NCBI RefSeq assembly: GCF_006345805.1
Contig: NW_021825598.1
Location: 1-15,064, forward strand
Reading direction: 5' to 3'
DNA length: 15,064 nt
From: Octopus sinensis
Lineage: Eukaryota
Shown here: one piece after another, positions 1 to 8,068 of the stretch
Layout: every line of letters begins with the position of its first letter
Position numbering within the stretch: the stretch's first letter is position 1
Translations under genes and position numbers: made by a program
Notes under the pieces: model-generated
What the model was told of the DNA's origin: nothing
The model's database searches: none
The model's input: only the letters and a program-made list of their open reading frames with translations

Positions 1-274
1 TTCAATCAACTATGAAGTTTCTTTTTCATAAATTCTGTCTGTCATCTGAAAACGCTTGTTATTAAATCCATCTGTTACTCCACATTGTAAATATTTTCAC
101 CTCCTACCATTAACAAAGAAATCACGGATCACGTTATTCGTTCTGCATTCGTGCGCCCTCTATTTGAGATGCAATGTGAGTTAGGCAATGCTGTAGAGTG
201 CTCAGTCGTCAATTTATGCTCTTACACTTGTATTTTCTTTTATGTAGGTATATAGATTATATATATAGATATTA

Positions 275-430
275 TGGCTGTGTGGTAAGCAGCTCGCTTC
301 CCAACCACATAATTCCGGTTCAGTCCCATTGCGTGGCACTTTGGACAGGTGTCTTCTACTATATAGCCTTGGGCTGACCAAAACCCTGTGAGTGTATTTG
401 GTAGATGGAAACTGAGAGAATCCCGTCGTA
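275..430 (+). mobile_element. tRNA-derived SINE (family A), 5' head; its 3' half appears to resume at ~981
   Basis: A-box-like TGGCTGTGTGGT at 275 and B-box-like GGTTCAGTCCC at ~317. It aligns with the head of the minus-strand copy at 2620-2786. Confidence 0.8.
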
Positions 431-614
431 CATATATATATATATATATATATGGAATTAGCGGGCATTTTGAATTAGTCTTGATGGCATACATGCATAT
501 ATTGTATATATACGTTCGTATATTAATTATTCGTATTTTGTATTTATATATATATATATATATATATAATATATTATATATATATATATGTATTTATTGT
601 TTCATTCTGAGTGT

Positions 615-672
615 ATTCTACTGACGAGGCAAAGCATTTCTAAATGCAAGTCAGAAATCCGGGAAATAGAAT
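615..672 (+). ncRNA. Minimal type I hammerhead-like motif, probably inactive, in a putative solo Penelope-like pseudo-LTR remnant (~453-815)
   Basis: Stem I ATTCTA(615-620)/TAGAAT(667-672); core CTGACGA(621-627); stem II GGC/GTC with inner GCATT/AATGC; extra A653; GAAA(654-657); near-palindromic stem III TCC-G-GGA. The cleavage-site UH reads AA. Confidence 0.6.
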
Positions 673-822
673 TATCCAATAATTTTTTCCTAGTTTCATC
701 TTGTCTCTTTGTCTTTCTCCATGTTCTATATGAAAACTTAAGGTAGTTTTAGAGTCGGTTCACGGCTGCTATTTTGGGCATGGTGGTATCTCGTAGATAC
801 CCTGATTGATAAATTTTAATGT

Positions 823-876
823 ATTATATTATATATATTATATATATATATATATAGAGAGAGAGAGAAGAGAGAG

Positions 877-953
<77 letters not shown>

Positions 954-965
954 TATAGATATATG
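823..965. repeat. Compound microsatellite (TA)n/(GA)n/(GATA)n
   Basis: Read directly from the sequence. Confidence 0.95.
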
Positions 966-980
966 TATATGCTTATAGCT

Positions 981-1177
981 GTCTTTGTGTCTCTGTACTC
1001 TCTTCATCGCTTGACAACTGGTGTTGGTGTGTTTACTTAGCCGTCCGGCAGAAGAAACCGATTGAATAAGCGCCAGGCTTTAAAAAAATAAGTCATGGGG
1101 TCGAATCGTTCTACTAAAACACTTCGAGGCGGTGCTCCAGCATGGCAGTAGTCAAATGACTCAGAAGTAGAAGAATA
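981..1177 (+). mobile_element. SINE family A, 3' half
   Basis: CATCGCTTGACAAC...GGCGGTGCTCCAGCATGGC...GTCAAATGACT; reverse-complement homologous to 1181-1388 and 2362-2580. Confidence 0.8.
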
Positions 1178-1180
1178 CAT

Positions 1181-1388
1181 TCCTTTACTTGTTTCACCCA
1201 TCAGGCTGCGGCCATGCTGGGGTACCGCCTTGAAGAATTTTAGTCGAATAATCAACCTCAGCACATATTTTCCTTTAAAGCCTGGTACTTATTCTATCGG
1301 TCTCTTTTGCCGAACCGCTATTTTACGGGCGTAAACAAACGATCACTGGTCATCGAGCGGCGGTGGTGGGCAAACACAGACACAAAAT
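1181..1388 (-). mobile_element. SINE family A, 3' half; head remnant at ~1948-2001
   Basis: GCCATGCTGGGGTACCGCC...GTACTTATTCTATCGGTCTCTTTTGCCGAAC is collinear with 2400-2580. Confidence 0.8.
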
Positions 1389-1402
1389 CATGTATGTATA
1401 TA

Positions 1403-1405
<3 letters not shown>

Positions 1406-1441
<36 letters not shown>
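1406..1441. repeat. (TG)n microsatellite
   Basis: Read directly from the sequence. Confidence 0.95.
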
Positions 1442-1443
<2 letters not shown>

Positions 1444-1444
<1 letters not shown>

Positions 1445-1806
1445 GAAGTACAATGGCCCAGTGGTTAGGGCAGCGGACTTGCGGTCATAGGATCGCGGTT
1501 TCGATTCCCAGACGGGGAATTGTGAGTGTTTTTTGAGCGAAAACACCTAAAGGCTCCACGAGGCTCCGACAAGGGGTGGTGGAGAACCCTGGTGTACTCT
1601 TTCGCCACAACTTTCTCTCACCCTTTATTTGTGTTTCAGTTGTACCTGTATTTCAAAGGGCCAGCCTTGTCACACTCTGTGTCATGCTGAATCTTCCCGA
1701 GAACTGCGTTAAGGGTACACGTGTCTGTGGTGTGCTCAGCCACTTGCACGTTAATTTCACGAGTAGGATCAACTGGAACCCTCGTCGTCATAACCGTTGG
1801 AGTGCC
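1444..1806 (+). mobile_element. tRNA-derived SINE (family B), nested in the internal microsatellite of a family A copy
   Basis: tRNA-like head TGGCCCAGTGGTTAGGGC...GGTTTCGATTCCC (A and B boxes) followed by a ~280 nt unrelated body, flanked by microsatellites. Confidence 0.75.
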
Positions 1807-1812
1807 GTAAGG

Positions 1813-1947
1813 TATATATATATATATAGATATATATATATATAGATATATATATATCTACACACCACACACACACACACACACACACACCACACACCCA
1901 CACACAACAACACACACATATATATATATATATCTATATATATATAT
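1813..1947. repeat. (TA)n/(CA)n compound microsatellite
   Basis: Read directly from the sequence. Confidence 0.9.
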
Positions 1948-2001
1948 ACGGGCAGGCTTCTTTCAGTTTCCATCCACTAAATCCACTCACAAGGTTTTGA
2001 C
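1948..2001 (-). mobile_element. SINE family A, partial head
   Basis: GGCTTCTTTCAGTTTCCATCCACTAAATCCACTCACAAGG matches 2628-2668. Confidence 0.7.
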
Positions 2002-2361
2002 CGAACTATGGTGAAACAGTATACTTCACAGCTAATCAAAATGAAAACTTCCCCGGAAGCGAAAGAAAACGCCATTTATCGATATTTCACTTTTTTTTCT
2101 GCTCATTACATGCCGGATATTGCCACGCTTCCGAAATGAAATCGAATTAGCAGCTAGAAGTATATATAAATAGTGTTAAAATTTATTCCCTGATGTGCAA
2201 ATTTTGTGTTAGAATCAGTTCAATAATGCAAACATTATTAATATTCCACACTTCAAAGCTTTGACGTATATTAAGTTTTTAACACTATACGTCTTTAAGG
2301 GGGGGGGTAATACCGCAGCTTTTTAGCGGTTAACGACAAACACACATATTAAGTGTGTAAT

Positions 2362-2786
2362 ATTCTTTTATTCTTTTGCTTGCTTCAGTCATTTAACTGC
2401 CACCATGCTGGAGCATCGCATTTAAGATATTTCAGTCGAACAAATCGACCTCAGGACTTATTTTTAGAGCCTAGTACTTGTTCTATCCTTCCTTTTGCCG
2501 AACAGCTAAGTTACGGAGACGTAAACACACAAACACAGGTTGTCGAGCGGTGATGGGGAAACAAACACAGATAAAAGACATGTACACACACACATGTGTG
2601 TGTGTACGTGTGTGTTTGTATACGACGGGCTTCTTTCAGTTTCCGCCTACCGAATCCACTCACAAGTCTTTGGTCAGCCCGAGGATGTAGCAGAAGACCC
2701 TTGCCCAAGGTGCCACGCAGTGGCACTGAATCCAGGACGATGTGATTGGGAAGCAAACATCCTAGCACACAGCCATACCTCCGCTT
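2362..2786 (-). mobile_element. SINE family A, essentially full-length copy
   Basis: Minus-strand head GGTATGGCTGTGTG..., internal (CA)/(TG) tract at 2584-2615, 3' half homologous to 981-1177, and an (AAAAG)-like tail. Confidence 0.85.
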
Positions 2787-2918
2787 ATATTGTTAATTTT
2801 TAGATTACTGAACTACTTCTCACACTTAAGTTTAATTTTGCAGCGCCATTACACATCAGCTTTTACACTATTTGCATACACTTCGAACTGACGATACGAT
2901 TTCGTTTCGGAAGGGAGG

Positions 2919-2977
2919 CGAGTATACAGTGCTGATGAGCAGAAATAACTGCGAAATATCGATATCTATTGTTCTCG
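2919..2977 (+). ncRNA. Minimal type I hammerhead ribozyme candidate with a fully canonical core
   Basis: CTGATGA(2932-2938); stem II GCAG-aaataa-CTGC; GAAA(2953-2956); palindromic stem III ATATCGATAT; AUC site with predicted cleavage after C2966; stem I ACAGTG/TATTGT (two G-U pairs) plus CGAG/CTCG. Confidence 0.6.
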
Positions 2978-3110
2978 TTCAGTTCCAGGGCGATTTCGTT
3001 TCGCCTTTGAAGTATACCGTGTTTTTTTAAACTTTGTACATCTTTATAGTGTAGACTCCCGTGCATAATACCACAGCCACAAGCGTTTAAGCTTGCAGGT
3101 TCTTCATATC

Positions 3111-3112
<2 letters not shown>

Positions 3113-3150
<38 letters not shown>

Positions 3151-3236
3151 TGAGTGTGTGCGTATGATAAGACAAAGAAAATCCTTGAACATATCTTTAA
3201 TGATTCGTTACTATTGTTTCTGTACTAACACTATAC

Positions 3237-3279
<43 letters not shown>
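3113..3279. repeat. (TG)n at 3113-3160 and (CA)n at 3240-3279
   Basis: Read directly from the sequence. Confidence 0.9.
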
Positions 3280-3284
<5 letters not shown>

Positions 3285-3368
3285 ATTGTATGTCAGAGTA
3301 TCATCTAGAAGAAGAATACTCTGACATACAATTAAATAGCTAGAATAATACCAGTCATCTCGCATGAC

Positions 3369-3512
3369 GACAGAGAGAACCTTGAATGGTGAAAGAGAGA
3401 GAGAGAACCTTGTATGGTGACAGAGAGAACCTTGTATGGTGACAGAGAGAACCTTGTATGGCGAGAGAGAGAGAGAGAATCTTGTATGGTGACAGAGAGA
3501 AGAGAGAGAGAG
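3369..3512. repeat. Minisatellite, ~22-28 bp unit GACAGAGAGAACCTTGTATGGT, about 5.5 copies with a variable (GA)n
   Basis: Units start near 3369, 3391, 3419, 3441, 3463 and 3491. Confidence 0.9.
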
Positions 3513-3882
3513 CGGTAAAATTGTACAAGCTTTCGTTATTGAAAGCCAATGCTGTACAGATGTTCTATCATCGTGCGCAACGGTTATCATCTGACGAGAT
3601 TGAGCAATCACCATGTATGTATTAATTTTTACCAGGAAACAATTGACAGCGACTTCGAATTTTCGTTCAGCATGATTTATCGAACTGTCATCTGTTTAAT
3701 AACAGGCGAGGAAGTCGAAACTTGGAACACTCTGCTAAGAAGTTTTATGAAAAAAAAGAAAAACATCTTTTAAAAGTTTATAAATATTTTGTCTTCTGAA
3801 AAATTTCGAGTAATCCTTGTTCCTTTCGTTTAATGTTAAACTTGTTTATATCTAACTTCATATAAGAACAAACATTAAATAC

Positions 3883-3947
3883 ATGTATGTATGTATGTAT
3901 GTATGTATGTATGTATGTATGTATGTATGTATGTATGTATGTATGTA
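3883..3947. repeat. (TATG)n microsatellite
   Basis: Read directly from the sequence. Confidence 0.95.
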
Positions 3948-4126
3948 TACTGTGATTTAAATTGCATGACATATAACCTTTGTTTTGAACTCCATGTTCA
4001 TACTTAAGCAGTGAAAGAAAATCTGCAAAGAAAATTCTTGTCTTCAGTTAGAAAGATCATAGAAGAAAAAAATATGGTGACTGGCTTCATGTGTTGTATC
4101 ATGTGTATTGGTACATGCATACATGT

Positions 4127-4157
4127 ATAGATAGATAGATTGATAGATAGATAGATT

Positions 4158-4208
<51 letters not shown>

Positions 4209-4300
4209 TGATAGATAGATTGATAGATAGATAGATAGATAGATAGATACATACATACATACATACATACATACATGCATACATACACACACACACACAC
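4127..4300. repeat. (GATA)n/(CATA)n/(CA)n compound microsatellite
   Basis: Read directly from the sequence. Confidence 0.95.
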
Positions 4301-4327
4301 TTGTGTGTATGCTTATATAATAACATG

Positions 4328-4594
4328 GGAGGACGCGTGGTTTAGTGGTTAGGGTGATGCACTCAAGATCGTAAGGTTGTTGTTTCGATACCTGAAGCAG
4401 GTGATACATTGTGTTCTTAAGCAAAACACCTTTATTTCACGTTGCCACACAGTCCACTCAGCTCGCAAAACGGGTAACCCTGCGAGGGGCCGACGACACG
4501 TCCGTGGTGGTAATGGTGGTGGTGGTGGTGGGGTGGCGAGAGTATAGCCATAGCACAGATTTCGGGAAACTTACCTTATGAGTCTCAGGAAGGA
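4328..4594 (+). mobile_element. tRNA-derived SINE (family C), diverged copy
   Basis: Head GCGTGGTTTAGTGGTTAGGGTG...GTTTCGATACC and body TTGTGTTCTTAAGCAAAACAC...CAGTCCACTCAGCT; homologous to the minus-strand copy at 13642-14075. Confidence 0.75.
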
Positions 4595-4704
4595 CTGTTA
4601 ATCACTTTTGATATAGATGTATATATATATATATGCGGATATATGCATTTACATACAGCCATACATACAAATATACATACATACATTTATATGTATTATA
4701 TATA

Positions 4705-5647
4705 TAGGGTCATATATAATGCAGTCTTTTTATACTGCGTTGTATATGCGTTTTTTTTTTTATACATTTTTATTTTTCAGAATTAAGATAAACAAAGTTC
4801 GTTTTTAAACTAAAATATATTCTCATTCATTTTCTACAATGTTCTTCAATCCATCTGTTAGTCTTGCAAGCCTCCTCTTCCAAAATTCATTTGACCGTGA
4901 CGAAAAATACTACGCCAGTACTGTTCTAACCTCGTCTATAGAATTCATATTTTTTTCGTCTAAATGATTTTGAAAGCTGCGGAATAAATGAATTAGCAGA
5001 TGGGGCAATGTCCAGCGAAAATGTTATCGTGGGGAACCGTTTCCTACTGAAACTGCTCCAGCCTTTGCAATGTCATCCTCGCTATATGTGGCCGAACATT
5101 ATCCTGATGGAAGAACACCTTTCATCTTGAAACCAAAAATGCTCGTTTTTCGATGGCACACAGGTGTCGATGAATGGTTGAATGACTAAATCCAAGCTAC
5201 TCTGCTTGCTGTTCAACAGTTACAATGGGAATTTGTTCCACCAGGATTTGCAGGGCGCCCTCGTTGAACTCTACAGATCTTTCAGGACGAGGCTCATCTG
5301 CTAGGCTGTAGTTTTGGACTCTGCAACCACCTTTGACCCTGGCTTACGCTTATTGTCCGATCCCCATATACAGCATTAATATTGCTCGCACTTTCAGTTG
5401 CATTGTTGTCTTTATTGAACTCAGGAAGCAAAATATGCCGAATATGCTCCTTTGTCACTTCCATTATAGCTTTGAAAATGTAACTGTTAAAATCGAACTG
5501 CACTCTTCAAAACTTGCACTAAGAATAAGCAAAAGGTACAATTACTACTTACTTTTATAGCAAGTTGATGCAGGTAGTTTATCCCGTCCCCTTCCGACTT
5601 TTAGTTCAGGGAATTGAAAAAAACCGCATCATTTATGGACAACCCAA
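4705..5647 (-). mobile_element. Internally deleted, defective mariner (Tc1/mariner) DNA transposon
   Basis: The right TIR reads TTGGGTTGTCCATAAATGATGCGGTTTTTT on the minus strand; the degenerate left TIR reads TAGGGTCATATATAATGCAGTCTTTTT. Both ends abut TA, and transposase remnants lie between them. Confidence 0.85.
4805..5464 (-). pseudogene. Mariner transposase pseudogene (stops, frameshifts, central deletion)
   Basis: N-terminal HTH MEVTKEHIRHILL...NAVYG...QRW; VFFHQDNVRPH (HDNARPH motif); FSLDIAPS (YSPDLAPSD motif); LFRSFQNHL; C-terminal FWKRRLARL...EYILV*. Confidence 0.88.
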
Positions 5648-5659
5648 TATATATATATA

Positions 5660-5706
<47 letters not shown>
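5648..5706. repeat. (TA)n microsatellite, left target flank of the Penelope-like element
   Basis: Read directly from the sequence. Confidence 0.95.
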
Positions 5707-5708
<2 letters not shown>

Positions 5709-5804
5709 ATAAACGGTAAGATAACAAAAGAAAGAAAGAGACCTCATATTATATGTAAATAGAGGAAATTTATCTATACAATATGTTACATTACTCGGTA
5801 GTCA

Positions 5805-5865
5805 AGATAAACTCTGAGTTTCAGATGCCGAAGTGGAATCCCCAACACCATCTCTTCGGTTATCT
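5805..5865 (-). ncRNA. Variant minimal hammerhead-like motif in the PLE 3' UTR/pLTR (left copy)
   Basis: Minus strand: AGATAA CCGAAGA GATG...CATC T GAAA CTCAGAG TT TATCT. It has one T fewer at the cleavage site/stem I than the right copy. Confidence 0.55.
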
Positions 5866-6054
5866 GGCTATTTGAAAACGTTATGAAAAAATACCGTTAA
5901 AATGAAGGGAAATTACTCTGTTATAACTCTGCTTTGCCTGCGTACTTATACATCGCTCGCATTTTTCGTCATAAAAATTATATAAATACATAAAAATATA
6001 TAAAAATATATAAAATATATAAAATCTTCTTGGGACATAACACGAAAGCATGTT

Positions 6055-8016
6055 CTATCCGGTTTCTTTAGGGGACCAAAACGTAACAGAAATTTAGTCA
6101 CATGTGGGCATGATCCGAAAAGCTCTGTCCTTGTATTTAGACATGTGTAGGGTCTAAGCTGCTTTTCCAGATAAGCCATCTCTCCATGTCGCATAAACCG
6201 CACCTTCCGCTGCCGTTAGTATAGGGCTTACATCTGGCCAAAATCTTCCATTGTATGTTATAATCGACACCTTTATCTCTTAAAGACCAAATATGATTGG
6301 ATAATTGTGTCGCTTTTCTTTTGTTCCAGTGCCTAAAGCTCAAAGTGTGGTTATTGAACCTGGCCTTGAAATTACCCTCTGTCAGGCCCACGTATTTCTC
6401 TTCGTCGAAACGGTGTCTTTAGTGGTTATAGAGTTTACGGTAGCTTCATATATGATGGTCTTGGACATGCAAGCTCCATTTAGCGGGCACAATTCTTTAT
6501 TCCTGCATGACACTGTTTTCTTTTTCTTCTTGTGTTTTTTGTATGTTATGATTGATTATGTTTTTAAAATTGGTAGTTGAACTAAAACTAATTTTTAAAT
6601 TGTGTCTATTAAGAGTTTCCTATAAGCATGGTTACTGGAAAATGTCTATCTATCAGTGCTAGGAAATTTACCTATATTGAAGGCCACCTCGGGTGAGTAA
6701 GGGGGTAAACCAGATGACCTTCCTATTTCTATTATTCCTTTTCCTTATTGTTGGGCTGGTGATAGGTGTATATTTTATTTTTTCGCTAAACCACTATCTT
6801 TTAAAGCTTTATTATAAACTGGGGCAACGCTATTGAAGATGTCCTCATTAGATGAGAGGCTAGAAATCCTCTTACTAATATTTTAACTAAATTTTTGAAT
6901 ACTATAGGGGGATGGCATGAACCTACATTAATATAACTTAGTCTATCATTGGGCTTCCTATAAGGCTTATAAATATTATTATTAAGATCTAAGGAAACGT
7001 CTAAGAAATTGACAACCGTCAGGTTAGTGTCTATAGTTATACTAAGTCCGAAGTGTTTCATTAACTGGATAATATCCTTCCTAAAACGATCTTGTGCTGG
7101 TCCATTTGTATTAGCTGTTAAGGCGAGGGCATCATCTTTGTAGATGGCGAAATGTACGTTAGGGAATGTCTTACCGAAGGTATCTAGGAGAAAGAGTCCA
7201 ATTAGATCACAGATGCCTGCCCCATCATATGAACCCATGCTCACATCGAAAGCGCCCTCCGTGTCGGTGTTTTTTACCCACTTTGCATTCTCACTGAAAA
7301 GTAATGTCTTCTAGCATGGAAGATTATATCCTTATCATTGGTACTAATTTCTATGAAGTCACTAGCGAAGATTAGGGCTTTATCTAGCAGTTCTTTAGAG
7401 ATAGAGGCATAAAAATCACAACAATATCGAATTGTGTAAACCTCGCTTTTTTCTTATTCTTAATAGCTTTAAACCGTCTAAACGACTCTCTATACTATTG
7501 GACCATTGCACTAGCCTAGTATCGGTCTTATTTTCGTATTTATTTTATCTAAAATTTCTTTGCTAATAATCCCTAGTTCTGACTTGGCTGGGTTGATAAG
7601 CCTACATTTAGGGTTGGAAAGGAAGTTTTCTTTGTGGTCTTTAATAGTAATAAAGGCCTCTTTTAGGGGGAGGGTTTCTATTTTTTTATCTAATTTAAGT
7701 TTAGCGGCGATGACGCTAGCTTCTTTATTAATTTCGTTATATGTCTGTGCCCTAGCCTTAGTATATTATTAATGATGCTGTTGTGTAAGAGTTGTGTGTA
7801 TTTGCTGTTATCTACCAGGTATAAGTTTCTTGGTTTTATCCGAAAAAAGTGCTTTTTTCTTGGAGCTTTTTATATGATCAATATCTTTTTTCAATTATGT
7901 TGGAAATTGTTAAAAGACTTACGAAACTTTATTTTGCTCATGATCTTCAGCAGGTCCGTTTCGAAATCTTCCAAGCCTTTAATCCTAGGAGGGAATTTTT
8001 TGGATTTTATCCGATA
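6055..8016 (-). pseudogene. PLE RT/GIY-YIG ORF, frameshifted as assembled (left arm)
   Basis: ORF fragments MGSYDGAG...YKDD...FLDV...PYRKP...HPP and GLTEGNFKARFNNH...CGLC...LNTRTELFGSCPH. Confidence 0.9.
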
Positions 8017-8068
8017 GCAATTTTATATCCGATAGCAAATTTTATCCGATAGAAAGGAAAACATTTGC

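Larger units (their letters stand above)
2013..3024. mobile_element. Diverged inverted-repeat (foldback/MITE-like) element, arms ~2013-2235 and ~2800-3024
   Basis: The reverse complement of the left arm (ACACTATTT...CGATTTCATTTCGGAAG...ATGAGCAGAAA...GAAATATCGATA...TGAAGTATAC) aligns with right-arm ACACTATTT...CGATTTCGTTTCGGAAG...ATGAGCAGAAA...GAAATATCGATA...TGAAGTATAC. Confidence 0.65.
5707..8020 (-). mobile_element. Penelope-like retroelement (EN+), 5'-truncated, left arm of the palindrome
   Basis: 5771-8020 is the reverse complement of 8065-10308 apart from scattered small indels. About 64 extra nt of apparent 3' end (5707-5770) precede the (TA)n. Confidence 0.92.

Noticed and set aside
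1-232. Possible DNA-transposon end (minus strand TACAAGTGT...)
   Set aside because: No partner TIR or coding motif is visible in the window.
1449-1515. tRNA gene candidates at the SINE heads (also 4335-4395 and 14005-14075)
   Set aside because: A/B boxes are present, but I could not fold a full cloverleaf and the sequence continues into a SINE body.
3590-3615. CTGACGA followed by hairpin GATT/AATC, resembling a hammerhead 5' half
   Set aside because: No GAAA follows the hairpin, and there is no stem I or stem III.
3513-3775. Unique sequence with splice-like signals (GTATGT at ~3616, TTTTTACCAG at ~3635) as a possible host exon
   Set aside because: No recognisable protein similarity, and the donor and acceptor are too close to form an intron; RNA-seq would be needed.
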